This document shows positions 12,478-25,902 of a stretch of DNA of 64,000 bases, one piece after another. A model generated the notes under the pieces. That model had not been told where the DNA came from. It made no database searches and was given only the letters and a program-made list of their open reading frames with translations. Made by a program: the position numbers and the translations under genes. This DNA comes from Malacoraja senta (Eukaryota): contig CM075987.1 of the NCBI GenBank assembly GCA_038087875.1, positions 14,260,001-14,324,000 of the forward strand. Reading direction: 5' to 3'. Numbering within the stretch: position 1 is the first letter of the stretch; each line of letters begins with the position of its first letter.

Positions 12478-13403
12478 GTTGAAAGAAATCTGTCTCAACA
12501 TATCTGATATTTGACGTATATAAATGTGGATTCGAAGGAATTTGAATTAGGAATATTTTACATGATGCAAGCAAAAACTGGCTGACTGAAAAGAGATGAA
12601 TATTTAGATGAAGAAAAAGATATTGGAATACCCTGTGGGCAATATGGTTGGAAAGCATACAGTTTGCCACAATATCTAGACTGACTGAACCCTTAACGTA
12701 ATGTGGCAGTTTTCTCTTTCATGCGCCTTGTACTTAAGCCTTGGCCTATTTTTCTCTTTCTCAAGCTGAATATTAAATTCATTTGTATTATGATCACTAC
12801 AGCCTGGGGGCGTCTTCAGTATGAGATCGCTAATTAAGCCCATCATCTTTCACAATACTATGTTTAAAACACCTGCTCTCTGGTTCAAAACCAGCTATTC
12901 TAAGAAACTATCCTGCTAACAGTGTGACCCCATTAGATTGCCTTTGCCCTTTTGATTTTTCCAGTCTATCTGTCAATTAAAATATCTCATGATTAACATC
13001 ATGCCTTTCTAACAGACTCCCATTTATTTATTTCCATTACATTGTGCCTCTGGGAGGGAGTCCACGGGAATTAAAATGACCACAAAGTCATACCCCAAGA
13101 GTTAATGATTGTATGACATTTAGGATATTGTTTCGTCCCACTGTTCCACAGTTAAACCTACTTTAATTTGAGTTCATGGCGGAGCAACCCCTCAGCTAAT
13201 TTATTATAATCAAAATAAACTATCAAATATTCTTGCTACAATAGTGTATATTTAAAGGATATGAAATCCAACGAACTTTCCTTCAGAAGAAAATAATTGA
13301 TAATTATAATTTATATGTATTCCTTATTTATCTGGTGTTGGAAGCCAAGCTATCTCATGCGCTGCCGATTGATTTATTTCTGTTTTATTTGTCTTTTTCT
13401 TAG

Positions 13404-13512
13404 GCGAGCAGACTCACAAAATTCATCTGATTTGGATCCAAATGATGAAACGGATGAATTGTCCCTCATAGATCATGAAGAAATTGTGGCTAGACTAACA
13501 CTCAAACAAGAG
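13404..13512 (+). CDS. RAPGEF1: RAPGEF1 exon (..DELSLIDHEEIVARLTLKQE)
   Basis: AG/GT boundaries, phase 2/0, conserved DELSLIDH..RLTLKQE. Confidence 0.95.
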
Positions 13513-15239
13513 GTAAAGCATACTTTAGCATAGTTGGCACCGACCTGGAATAGAGCAATCCCCTGTTGTATCAGTGAGCAGACTGTTGCGAGTGACCTAA
13601 TTTAATGCTGAGTATGATAGTGATGGATGAAATTCTGGCTGGGGTGAAGGAAAGTACACGGGCTTGTAGTTTGAATCACACCTGATTTATTCCTTCGTTG
13701 TAACTTGCATTGAAGTCTGGATACTCTTTGATTATCTCACCTGTGCCATCCATGGCTAATTCTGAGCCTCTTATTTGCAGTGAAGTTATTTGTTCAACAA
13801 ATCCAAACCAGTCTGTTGTTGCTTTGTAGTATAGGCCCACAGTCAAGCTAAATCCCATATTTGGTCTCCTAAACTGCTGTAGTGTGTAGTTGCTGGAATT
13901 GAACCATGCCTGTGTGGTGTGGGTGGGCTGGGACTGGTAGCAATACTGAAGTGGGGACAGGGTAAGGAACTAAATTGAACCAAAATCTCATATTGGCAGT
14001 TAATTTATGGTTGCATTGTGCCAGCCGCAATAAAGGCAACAGTTTTCCTATTTTTTAATCTCAAAGGAACCCTGAAAAGGTGAGGCAAAATGCAACCCGA
14101 ATACAATTTTATTATACATATGTATATGTAAACATCAATATAAATTGGGTTGGTGCTTTACGTTTTTTTTCTTACTTTGGTTTTCACTTTGATTAGTTCA
14201 AATGATCTACATTTTATTGTTGAGAACCCAAAGTAAATCATGATATCCGTTAAAAGCTTTTATATAGTGTGTGTGTGTGTGCGTGCGCGTCCCCGTCCCA
14301 AATCTTTCATCACCCCTTACAAAACCTCTTACTTTTCCAACTTTGCCCTGGGGGAGGGGCGGGTTAGTTCTCATATTTCTACCACAACAAAACAACCAAA
14401 CCGTGTTTCTCCAGAAATTGCAAATAATTATTGTCTCTGCTTCCGTAGAACAATTGTATATATTCAGAACAGATGCAGAATTATTATTGACCATGCAATA
14501 GGAGGCCTCACCTCCTGTTAGAAGGATTGAATGAGTTGTGACAGCAAAGCATTTGGTATCCAGCAGCTGTCAAAAACAATCAGACAATTCATCACTTCTG
14601 AGTCTCTGCTCATGGGAGTGGTGGGTGGTGGGGGGGGGGGGTGGGGGGGGAGGAAAGTGTGTATTGGAAGGACAACACTGGAATCTATATTGTGAATGTA
14701 AAGTTGTACATGAGGAAATTGACGATTTGATACATTTCTTGCACTAAAACAAAATAATAATTTACTGATCAACCTAAATTTGAACTAAAATTTGAGTTGG
14801 TATCCAAGTTTATATTGAAATTGCCACATTTAATCAGTAAAAGCCAATCTAGGGAATTGATTGTTTCCCAATGGATCTTTTATCGCTGGGTATGAAGGTA
14901 GCTGATGAGGGTTGATCTGAGAGTGGCAGATTCTGCTGCAGCTGGCCTTGGATTTCCATCCAACCCAGAGCCATTGCTGTTCAGCGTCCTCATCTCCTTT
15001 CCCCAGTCAGTATGCACTCGACTACAGGGCAACTAATCTCAGATCCTTGCACAAGGTCAAATCCAGCATGGTGGACATCTTGCTGCAAATAGCAAGCCCT
15101 GCTCTCTGATGTCCTATAAATATAACGTCCCTGGCAACAAGCGTTAACTCTGCCCCTCTTTCCTCAGATTCTATCTGAATTGCTGAGTAGATTCAATATT
15201 CTGCTTTTATTCCCGATTATAACCTGCTGATACAGAATC

Positions 15240-15660
15240 AAGTTCACAAGTTATCGGAGTAGAATTAGGCCATTCGGCCCATCGCGTCCACTGCCAGTCA
15301 ATCATGGCTGATCTCTGCCTCCTAATGCCATTTTCCTGCCTTCTCCCCATAACCCTTGACACCGTTCTAATCAAAAATTTGTCTATCTCTGCCCTAAAAA
15401 TATCCACTGACATAGCCTCCACAGCCCTCTGTGGCAATGAGTTCCACAGATTAACTACCCTATGACGAAAGAATCTCCTTCACCCCTCCTTTCTAAAAGA
15501 GCGCCTTTTAATTCTGAGGCTATGACCTCTGGTCCTAGACTCTCCCACCAGTGGAAACATCCTTTCCACATCCACTCTATACCTGTCACTATTCTGTAAG
15601 ATTCAATGAGGTCCCCCTCAACCTTCTAATCTCCAGCGAGTAGAGGCCCAGTGCCGTTAA
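15240..15660 (-). mobile_element. CR1 LINE 3' fragment
   Basis: PQRAVEAMSVDIFRAEIDKFL, homologous to the end of the 49-52 kb CR1. Confidence 0.85.
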
Positions 15661-16644
15661 AGTTACAGTGCTTTGAGATTCAGTAACGTGGAAAACCTAC
15701 AATTATCACATTAGTATATATATTTTTAATATTTATAGTAATTAAAACACAAAATACTTTTTTTGTAATTAATATCTGAAGCTAGGTACTCTTAAATAGC
15801 TTCATATTTTGTTTTCTTCCCATTATGGCAGAAGGCACAGTATACTCAAGGTATACTATTTATAAATGGTGCTTAGGGGAGAAAAGTAATTCAAGCTTTC
15901 ACATGGGATTTAGCCAAATATCTGCTTTGCCACTTCCCACATTTCATGCAAATTGTTTCCAGCTGCACTGTGTTCATAAGCACTCATTTATTCAAGTATG
16001 CCTGATTTAGTTTAATCCGAAGCACTATTTCACAGAAGTAAATATTGTCCAATAAAGTTTTAAAAATGTTGGAAAATGTTTAACTTTTACCTACAGGCTT
16101 TGGTGGCATCCTGTACCTGAGCAGTTTTGATATAACTATAAATAAATTACGTCCATAATTTAAAAATTACCTGAGATAATTGTGCTGTGGTGAACTGTTT
16201 TGAGACTTGATGAGGGTAAGCAGTGATGTTTCCCAAAGTCCAGTGATCTGATTTAGAAAATGTTTTAAATGACCTGATGTCTTAGCTTTGGCATTATTCA
16301 TGAAATGTGCGGGTGATATGAAAGTGAGGAAGATGGCAGTAAATTGTAGGAAAATTTACAGATAAATATGAGACGAGGCACGAAGGGCAAAGACCTCCCT
16401 AATTCTAGGTACCGTGCTTGAAGCTTTGTTACGGACCAGAAACACTGGAAATGCTGTATGGAACAAAAAAAGCTCAGAAGAGATTTGTCTCTTTAAAATC
16501 TTAGCTAGTTTACAAAGTAAATGAAAAAAATCTGGCAGAAGAGATAAGAATGAGTTTTAAGATTTATAGCAATTGGCAAAAGAACAAGAGATTATAAATC
16601 TTTCAAGAAGTGGATGGGATTTGAAATTCTCTGCATGATCTTAA

Positions 16645-17250
16645 CCAGCTGAGGAATGGCTAATGGAGTTTAATGCAGACAAGTGTGAGGTATTGCATTT
16701 TGGGAAGTCAAGCCAGGGCAGCCTTCATTCACAGTGACTGGTAGGGCCCTGGGGCGTGTTGTCGAGTAAAGGGAGCTAGGAGGACAGATGCATAGTTCCC
16801 TGAAAATGGGTCGCAGTATAGACTTGAGGAACTGAGCTATATGGAGAGGTTGGGCAGGCTAGTACTTTATTCACAGGGGGCTGAGGGTGATCTTAGAGAG
16901 GTGTATAAAATCACGAAGGGAATAGATAGGGTGAATGCACAGAGTCTTTTACCAAGGGTAGGGGAATCAAGAACGCAAAAGGATAGGTTTAAGGTGAGAG
17001 GGGAAAGATTTAATAAGATCCTGAGGGGCAACTTTTTCCACACACAGGTTGGTGGGGAAATGGAACAAACTGCTAGAGGAGGTAGTTGAGGGAGGTATTA
17101 TAATGGCATTTGAGAGGCATTTGGTCAGGTACATGGATAGAAAAGATTGATAGGGATATGGGGAAATGAGGCCAGCTTAGATGAGGCACCTTGGTCAACG
17201 TGGACGAGTTGGGCCAAAAGGCCTGATTGTTTCCATTCTGTATGACAATG
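16645..17250 (+). mobile_element. CR1 LINE 3' fragment with internal deletion
   Basis: DKCEVLHFG and GDLREVYKI..RFKVRGERF motifs. Confidence 0.85.
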
Positions 17251-18252
17251 ACTGAATAATTCAGATTTGGTTGTAGCCTTTATAGGGGAATTGAATAATT
17301 AGTTGGAGGAAAAGTTCAGTGATTTGGAAGAAGCACAAGGGTGTAGGGATTAATTGTCTTGTTCTTAAAGGCAACTTGATTCAAATACACTGTGAGATCT
17401 GGTGTAATGAACCAGTCTGTGACTTTGAGTTAGTCTTCTGCAACATTTATGACTTGTCAAGGTGGATATTGTGCTTGTGCAAAGGCTTAAAGATAATTGC
17501 TTCGTCATAGTATCTGATGTAATGGATTTTGATCTGCTAACTTTAAACCTAATCTTTCTAACTGAACCCGAATCCTACCCCCAAGAGAAGCAATCAGGAA
17601 AAGCTTCACTGATTTCTCCAAAACAATTAGATCATTTTGGGGGGGGGGGGGGGGGGAAGGAAATGTTTCCTTTCCCCACTACCTAATTTTAAATTTTGAA
17701 ACACCGCCCTGAATAGCACCCAGGATGAAGCAACTGATGCTTATTTATTCCACATATGGTTGAGAAGTTTGAAGTTAGTTTTATAAAAATAGACATTTTT
17801 ATGTTTGTTTGCATAGAAATGAGCTATGAGCTCTCAGAATATTGATATAAAATTGATTCCAAGCTCTTGTAAATCAATGCAGTTGTTAATCAATGGGAAA
17901 TCTGACTTTCTGAAACAGTCATTTTCTTTGTTGCACATTAAATCCATCACTTGCAAGTGTGCGTACAAAATCACTAATCATTGGCAAGCTGCTCGCTGTA
18001 ATGATAATTTTGCGGCTGTGGAAAAATCATAAATTTTTCTAAAATCTTAAAGGCAAGAGTACAAAACCCTCTTTATAACCTAGATCATTTTCCAGTTACT
18101 ATAAGCATAGTAAATGGAGAGGGAGTGCAGTCCACAGAACAAAACATCTTTTATATTATGATTGGTTTCGTTTTGATGCATTTTTAAATTGACATTCCTT
18201 TTTGCTTGCATATATACATTAGAATGTATACAATTTTCAACCAATATTCTAG

Positions 18253-18328
18253 GGAGAAGATGGCCCAGAGGTGCGAGGAGGCTCAGTGGATATTCTCATC
18301 GTGCATGCAACCGAGACGGATCGTAAAG
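18253..18328 (+). CDS. RAPGEF1: RAPGEF1 exon (GEDGPEVRGGSVDILIVHATETDRK), start of REM
   Basis: AG/GT, phase 0/1, conserved peptide. Confidence 0.95.
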
Positions 18329-18856
18329 GTAACCACTGGAATGACATCCAAAGGATAGACTTAATTCCAGTTTTGTGATTCACATTTTGACAGGAAAATA
18401 AATGATCTCTTGCTCTCTACTGTTGGAATGTTATTACCATTTTATATTTTGCCATTTGGAAGTTCTCCACTTTGAAGGTCACATTAGTTGGCCTTTAATT
18501 ATTTTAATGTTGCTTTAAATTTACTGTAAATTGTTGCTTACTCTTTTTTATTCCAACCCTTCCTTCCTGTTGCAATCTGTTCTCTTAACTTATTCATTAC
18601 ATTAAGATGTAATGTTTTTAGGTCTTAAGATACGACTTGGGCTGATGAGTAAAGTCAAGAGGGAGGGAGAGTAGTAGTGACTGAAAATTAGCAAAACAAG
18701 TTCAAATAGATTCAATAAAGTTAGCACCATACTTTTCTTTGGTTGAAGGAACATATCTTGTGTCTTTTTGATTTAATTATCATGTTGAGGAATTTAGTAC
18801 TCATAACCTGTTTCTTTTGTTCATACTTCCATTTGCCTGCTTGTCTTCCTCTTTAG

Positions 18857-18941
18857 ATTTAGTCCTTTACTGTGAGGCATTTCTGACCACGTATCGAACA
18901 TTCATTCCACCTGAGGACATCATCAAGAAACTGCACCATCG
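18857..18941 (+). CDS. RAPGEF1: RAPGEF1 exon (DLVLYCEAFLTTYRTFIPPEDIIKKLHHR)
   Basis: AG acceptor; followed by U12 donor ATATCCTTT; phase 1/2. Confidence 0.95.
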
Positions 18942-19117
18942 ATATCCTTTTTTTGTAATTTATATAAGATTCCCTGTTTCAATTTGGTATAAAGGGGCAT
19001 TTAATGTTTAGCATCGTGACATGCATCCAGGAAAGTTGTTACTGTGAAAAAGCTCACATATAACATTGCTCGCATACACACACATGGAACAGCTATTTTT
19101 TCCTAACTAATGACCAC
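18942..19117 (+). other. U12-type (minor spliceosome) AT-AC intron, 176 nt
   Basis: 5' ATATCCTTT, branch-like TTTTCCTAAC ending at 19107, 3' CAC; removal restores HHR-YEKF frame. Confidence 0.93.
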
Positions 19118-19210
19118 TTATGAGAAGTTTTGCCACTGTCCGGATACTTTCAAAAAACGGGTGAGCAAGAATACGTTCTTCGTTCTGGTCCGCGTGGTGG
19201 ATGAGTTGTG
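19118..19210 (+). CDS. RAPGEF1: RAPGEF1 exon (YEKFCHCPDTFKKRVSKNTFFVLVRVVDELC)
   Basis: AC acceptor, GTGAGT donor, phase 2/2, conserved peptide. Confidence 0.95.
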
Positions 19211-19270
19211 GTGAGTAATGTTGGCAATTGTTGTACACTTAGTTTCCTACAACATTTTAAAGAAAATATA

Positions 19271-19474
19271 ACGTGAAGGAAAGAACTGCAGATCCTGGTT
19301 TAATTTGAAGGTAGACACAAAATGCTGGAGTAACAAGCAGCATCTCTGGAGAAAAATAATGGGTGACGTTTTGGGTCGAGTCTGAAGAAGGGTCTCGATC
19401 CGAAATGTCACCCATTCCTTCTCCCAGAGATGCTGCTTGTCTCGCTGAGTTACTCCAGCATTTTGTGTCTACCT
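19271..19474. mobile_element. Penelope-derived terminal repeat, head-to-head fold-back insertion
   Basis: Inverted arms spanning 19309-19474; flanking direct repeat AAGAAAATATA (19260-70, 19475-85). Confidence 0.75.
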
Positions 19475-20007
19475 AAGAAAATATAGCTATTGTTTGTCTG
19501 CAGACACTTTGAAGTACAATATATTTGTCGTATAGGAAACTATACTGTCTATGTGACTTAATAATTGTAATCTGAAGAATATTTGCAGCTTTTTTATATG
19601 TCATTAGACATAGTTATTTCCATACCAAAAATTCTTAAGTCCCACCAGAGAATAACATATCGCTGTGACCCACATGATTATTTGCCCAAATGTTCATTAC
19701 CACCAAAAAATTACCCAGGGCTTGTTTATATTGTTGTTACTTTTTGTTGCTAAGTTTTAATTAATTATTTCTGACCAACTATTTCCTCTATCTCCTTTGG
19801 GGCAAAGGCTTGAGTATATGAGTGAGTTCAGATACTCCTACTGCGATGTTGCAGTATTTTGACCCAGTTCTGGAGGTACTGTTGCTCTTCATGTGGTATA
19901 TGGTGCAACCATGATTGGAGTTGATGGAATAATTGTTCAGGATGGTGAATTGAATGGCATTTAAGTGGACTGTTCTGTCCTGGATGGAGGCAAGCTGTTT
20001 TTGTAAT

Positions 20008-20440
20008 AGAGTCAGAGAGTGTTACAGCGTAGAAACAAGCCCTTTGGCCCAACTTGCCAACACCGGCCAACATGTCCCATCTACACTAATTGTGCCTGTC
20101 TGCGTTTCGCTCATATCCCTCTAAACCTGCCTTATCCATGTATCTGTTTAAATGTTTGCAATAGTACCTGCCTCAACTACCTCCTCAGGTAGCTTGTTCC
20201 ATACACCTACCACCCTTTGCTTGAAAAGCTACCCCTCAGGTTCCTATTAAATGTTTCCTCCCTCACATTAAATCTATGTCCTCTGGTTCTTGATTCCCCT
20301 ACTCTGGGCAAGAGACTCTGTGTGTTTACCCAATCTATTCCTCTCATGATTTTGTACACCTCTATAAGATCACTCTCCTGCGCTCCAGGTAATAGAGTCC
20401 TAGCCTGCTCAACCTATCCCTATAGCTCAGGCCCTCGAGT
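20008..20440 (-). mobile_element. CR1 LINE 3' fragment
   Basis: Reverse-complement homologue of 16830-17250. Confidence 0.85.
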
Positions 20441-21239
20441 GCTGTTGTTGGAGATCGGGATTGGAGAAGCGCTCCTTCTGGCAAGAGGGGAGTATTCTGT
20501 ACCCTTGATTTATGTTTTGCAGGAAAGGCTTTGTGATGCCAGGGTATGAGTCACTTGCTGCACATACACAGCTGGTCCATTCTTGTAGCCAGAGTATTTA
20601 GTGGCTATCCCATTTGAGTTTTCTGTCAATGTTGTTAGGTGACTTGGTGATGGAATCAGAGTAGGTAGGTAGATTTGCTTGTTGACAATGGTCATTGCCT
20701 GGTACTTCGTGGCCATTGATCAGTCTAAGATTGAATGATGTGCAGGCATGGATTGGCTGGGGAGTTGTGAATAAAACTGAGCATGTGTAGACATTAGTAT
20801 TCATACCCAATTTTCATCGTTATGATGGTAGGGAAATTATTGATGAAACTACCAAATATGGTTGGGCCCAAGACGAGTCATGAGGAACTGCAGTGGTGTG
20901 TTGGGACTGGGATAATTGATCACTCATAACCGCAGCCATCTTCTGAGTGAGCTATGACTCCAATCATTGCCGTGATTCCTCTTGCTTACCAGTTTTACCA
21001 GAGCTCTTTCATGCCACAACTGGTCAATTGCTGCCATACGTCAAAGACAGTCCATGTTTGGATGAGACGTGGGATTACTTTGGAACCATGTGGTCCTGAC
21101 AAAACCAAAACTGGGCATCAGTGTACAAACTGGAAATGCTGCAAACGTGGTAGGTCAGACTGCAGAGAAAGTTAATGACAAGAGAAACGGTTGATCTTTG
21201 AGGTCCTAAGCCCTTTGTCAGAACTGAGAATGAGGGATG

Positions 21240-21503
21240 TGTAAGAAGGAACTGCAAATGCCGGTTAACACCGATAATAGACACAAAATGCTGGAGTAAC
21301 TGAGCGGGAAAGGCAGCATCTCTGGAGAGAAGCTAACAATGATCCATTCTGCATTTCCTTGATCATCGTCTGCTTTGATCTGTCATTTTCCCACCATACC
21401 CTTCCACTGGTCTCCCTCTCCCCTGATTCTCAGTCTGAAGAAGGGTCTCTACTCAAAACGTCACCCATTTATTCTCTCCAGAAATGCTGCCTGTCCCGCT
21501 GAT
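21240..21503. mobile_element. Penelope-derived terminal repeats, inverted pair
   Basis: Same family as the 3' end of 23267-24420. Confidence 0.7.
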
Positions 21504-22318
21504 GTCCTGGGGTAAACAGTATCTCAGGGGAGACCTGAAGTGAATTAATGTGGCAATTGGAAGCAGATTGTACTTTGTCTGAGTTGTGTCGCTGCGAGCA
21601 GCGCTGTGGAACATCCAGTAGGTCAGCCTGCACCGGAGGAGACAGACAGACTGCGCCCAAATCACAAATGGATGACCAGCAAAACTTTGTTGGCAGCACC
21701 TTAGCATTAACTGCTATCCCTCCTTATAAATCTCTACCTCTCTGCTACTGTCCTGCTTTAATATGCTTCTATTATTCACATACTGTTTTCCCATTATACG
21801 TTCTTGTGTGGCTTTCAGTTTGATTTTGTTTGATTAAAACACCAATGGAGGGCATTTTCATTATATTAATAGCACTGTATAATTGCAATTATTGTCTATG
21901 GCTAATGAAGTACATTTGGAAATATAGTCTATTATAATGCTGGAATGTACTTGAGTTACACCGGGGGGGGGGGGGGGAGGGAGGATCTGAAACCTGACCA
22001 TAGGATGTCATTATAATTGTGCTAGTTTGTTTTGCAAGCATTAAATAATATTAAAAACCTTGATCTGCATCTGCCTTAATGGTGCTCACATTGACTGGCA
22101 GCTTATGATGTAGATTGTGATGATTTTGAAGTTGCATGTATGCCCTTTTCAATATCTGTATAAATCATTTTTTAATGTACTTATTTCAGAAGATTGATGT
22201 CTATTTTATTGCATGGTAAATATTAATAATGTGCAGTATGAATTTATACGTACTGCCCATAATACTATAGCGATTGCATGTCATCTGATCAATTCCTTGT
22301 TGCTGTTTCTTTTCCCAG

Positions 22319-22504
22319 TTTGGTGGAGCTCTCGGATGACATCCTGAAGTTGCTCATGGAACTTGTGTTCCGTTTAGTGTGTAGTGGTGAACTGAGTCTG
22401 GCCCGGGTTTTGAGAAAGAATATTCTGGATAAAGTAGATCAGAAGAAGACTGTGAAGTATGCTGGTCTGATGAAGCCATTGGCTGCACGTGGGGTGGCAG
22501 CAAG
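22319..22504 (+). CDS. RAPGEF1: RAPGEF1 exon (LVELSDDILKLLMELVFRLVC...GVAAR)
   Basis: AG/GT, phase 2/2; inside ORF 22278..22532. Confidence 0.96.
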
Positions 22505-22681
22505 GTACAGACTCCAGCTCTATCATTGTTAGACAATATCCTTCTCTTATCGTGGTTACTTGGAAAGTTTATAAATAGGTGGAAATGGGGAGTCTCTTAA
22601 ATTTTGTCTGTCGTTGGGGGAATGTTTTGTGTGAAAATCAATCCTTGACTTTCTGTAACACTTGAACTCTTACTCCTGCAG

Positions 22682-22766
22682 GCCTGGAACGCTTCATGAC
22701 TTCCACAGTCACGAGATAGCTGAACAGTTGACACTTCTGGATGCTGAGCTGTTTTACAAAATTGAG
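22682..22766 (+). CDS. RAPGEF1: RAPGEF1 exon (PGTLHDFHSHEIAEQLTLLDAELFYKIE), start of CDC25 domain
   Basis: AG/GT, phase 2/0, RasGEF IAEQLTLLD motif. Confidence 0.96.
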
Positions 22767-23266
22767 GTAAAGATTTGTCAGAATAGATCTGAATAGTTCA
22801 TTGTCCTGCGAGTTGTACACATTGTTACATATTCACTGACAGGAGGTGAGTTGTCAAGTTCTGTCTGCCTGAATTGTTGAAACAATTGTGCACCAGTAGA
22901 AGACTGGATGTTAGAGGATTCAATTGAGGGAGAAAAATCATTCTGCCTCTCGTGTCTGCTCCAGTGGTGGGGAAAAAAAGCTTCCCGGCTCTCCCCTCCT
23001 TCCAATGGGCGGTTCATAGCTCCGATGCTCTTCGAACGCAAGCAAATATTTTTGCAATGATGTGGGTTTCTGCATTGACCATCTTTCCAGACCCTTGTCG
23101 GACTCTTGCTTCTAATCCCACCAATTACTCCACTTCTCATGTCCCCGTCATAGGGCCATTCTGTTTACTGTGCCTTGGCTCCCCATGATTATATACATTT
23201 TATTAAAGTCTTCCTCAGCCTTGACTGTTTCAAAGAAAGCAAGCCAAGTGTATCCAATCTAATAAC

Positions 23267-24420
23267 TAGACACAAAATGATGGAGTAACTCAGCGGAACA
23301 GGCAGCATCTCTGCATAGATGGAATAGGTGACACTTCGGGTCGAGACCCTACTTCAGACTGAGAGTCTGGGAAGAGGGAGACACAGAGATATAAGAAAGT
23401 GTAAGGTGTGAAAACGAGACATCAAAGGGGATGAAGTTCAAGGAAAATGTAGAGTAGGTCATTGTTAGCTAGGAGAAGGTGAAAACGAAGCATACAGAGA
23501 TACAATGTAATCAAGGGGACAGTCAGACTGGTCGGAGAACTAGGAAGGGGCAGGGATGGAGAGAGCAGGAAAGCAAGGGTTACTTGAAGTTAGAGAAGTC
23601 AATATTTATACCGCTGGGGTGTTGTTCCTCCAATTTGCACTGGGCCTCACTCTGACAGTGGAGGAGGCCCAGGACAGAAATGTCAGAATGGGAGGGGGAG
23701 TTAAAGTGTTAAGCAACTGGGGGATACGTTGGCCTAGGCACTGAGCGGACGTGTTCAGCAAAACAATCGCCGAGCCTGCGCTCGCTCGGTCTTGCCAATA
23801 TATAGAAGTCCACACCTGGAACAACAGATAAGGTAGATAAAATTGGAGGAGCTGCAAGTGAACCTCTGCATCACCTGAAAAGACTGTCAAGATCCTTGTA
23901 CGGAGTTGAGAGAAGTGGTATAGGGACAGGTGTTAGTACCTGGGGAAGGAGTGGTTTGGGTGGGAAGGGATGAGTTAACCATGGAGTTGTGGAGGTAACA
24001 GTCTCTGCGGAAAGTGGAAATGGGTGGAGATGGGAAGATGTGTCTGGTGGTGGGATCCTGTTGGAGGTGGCAAAAATGTGGGAGGATTATGTGCTGTATG
24101 CGATGGCTGATGGGGTAAAAGGTGAGTACTAGGGGGGACTCTGTCCCTGTTGCGGCTGAGGGGAGGGGGAGCAAGAGCGGAGCTGCAGGATATCGAGAAG
24201 ACTTTTGAGGGCCTCATCTATGATGGAAGAGGGGAACCCCGGTTCCCCAAAGAATGACGACATCTCAGATGTCCTGGTATGGAACACCTCATCTTGGGCG
24301 CAGATCCAGTGTAGACAGAGGAATTGGGAGTAGGGGATAGAGTCTTTGCAGCAGGCAGAGTGGGAAGAAGTGTAGTCTCGATAGCTGTGGGAGTCAGTAG
24401 ATTCATAATAGATGTAAATC
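23267..24420 (-). mobile_element. 5'-truncated Penelope-like retroelement (RT C-terminus, GIY-YIG, terminal repeat)
   Basis: TDSHSY.DYTSSH..CKDSIPYSQF; FTCSSSNFIY..CSRCGLLYIGKT..RLGD.FAEH (frameshifted). Confidence 0.85.
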
Positions 24421-25291
24421 ATAACACTCTTTTGGTCATGGCAGCCTGCTTCGCTCCCTCTTAGTGCAGTTGTGCATTTCCTGTAACGTGATGACTCAGT
24501 ACTCAAGGCAGTCTCCCTGCACTTGCATTCCATGCCTGGGCTTGTGGGGATACGTATCCCAATATGCCTCTTTAACTATCGTTAGAACTTGATTTTCTGC
24601 CTTTTATGCATCCGTGGTTATAAACTTCCTCTGTTCCCGCAAATAGTGTGTATGTCGATGCCATTTTGCTTCTTCCCAAATGAATTACTTTCTCCAGATT
24701 CCATTCCTTTTGCCGCTTATCTATCCAACTAGGCAGGTAATCTATGTCCTCTAGCCTCTAAAAGTTTCCTTCGCACTGTCACCCTTATCCCCAGTTTTTA
24801 TATCAAACTAATATACTCCGTACACACTTCAATGTGTACTACAGAAAGCAGGGAACTGAGGACAATGCCCAGTGGAACCTTGATGGTAACACAATAATAT
24901 CTGATCATCCTAAGTGGAAAATAATATGCATCTGTGGAAGAAGAAAACTAAGTAGAAGTCTTTGCTGTTGTGTTTTGTTAGTATAAATAATTGACCATTA
25001 CATTTGAGACGGTGGTCATGGTTTGTAAACAGGTTTAATGATGAAAGCAGGTCAGACCAATCTCCAGGAAGGGATGCTGATTATCAAATGAGAATGCCCA
25101 CAAATAAAATTTCAACTGACACCTTGTCATGTTTTTATACTCCAATTAGCAATGGGAGTGATATGAAATTTAATTCCATTGGTGATTCCTTTGTGCTACA
25201 GTTTTCATTCCGATCCAGGCTTTGTAGGGCTAGCCTAGCACATTTTATAGCTCCCTTCATCTCTCTCTTTTATCACTTCTCTCAATGTCAG

Positions 25292-25386
25292 ATCCCTGAG
25301 GTTTTACTCTGGGCCAAAGAACAGAACGAAGAGAAGAGTCCAAACCTAACACAGTTTACAGAGCACTTCAACAATATGTCCTATTG
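25292..25386 (+). CDS. RAPGEF1: RAPGEF1 exon (IPEVLLWAKEQNEEKSPNLTQFTEHFNNMSYW)
   Basis: AG/GT, phase 0/2. Confidence 0.96.
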
Positions 25387-25902
25387 GTAAGCATGAAGCA
25401 ATGTTTCTCAGCTCTTCTGTGTCAAAATGCTTCAGATAAAAGCCAAGTTCTGCATTGAAACAGCTGAATGCTCCTGGTTTGCGAATATCTGGGTGGAATA
25501 AAAGTGGGCAGTGCAAGACTGGGAGCCGGTATTGAGTGCCGCGGCAGGGTACACATATCAAAACACAGGGACATGAAGGAGGTTGCGTACTGTGCTGTCA
25601 TTCCTTTCTGGGATATATCTTTGATGTCTGTAGCAGTATGTCTAGCATTAAGATCATCACAGTGGGGAACTGTGACAGCAAACACTTGCTGGTGCTGGCG
25701 ATGATTATTCGAAGCGATTCCCACACATACTCAATCTTCCTACGCTTCCCGTTTTGTTTTGAACGTGAGCTTTTGGGCCAGAGTGCTAACGAGGCTGAGT
25801 GATTGCAAAGCTTTGAGGCGAGCGTGATGTATTTTCCTGAACCAGTACCATTTTCCAGAAAGGGACACTGGATATCAAAGTATTCATGTTTTGGTCTTTC
25901 AG

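Noticed and set aside
14620-14655. G-runs as functional G-quadruplexes (also near 17640 and 21965)
   Set aside because: Simple homopolymers, common and error-prone; no supporting context
19309-19474. Hairpin as a miRNA gene or DNA-transposon MITE
   Set aside because: The arms are two inverted copies of the Penelope terminal repeat; no evidence of a conserved miRNA
22642-22649. U12-like branch sequence TCCTTGAC in intron 22505-22681
   Set aside because: Donor is GTACAG (U2-type) and the motif is about 32 nt from the AG, too far for a U12 branch
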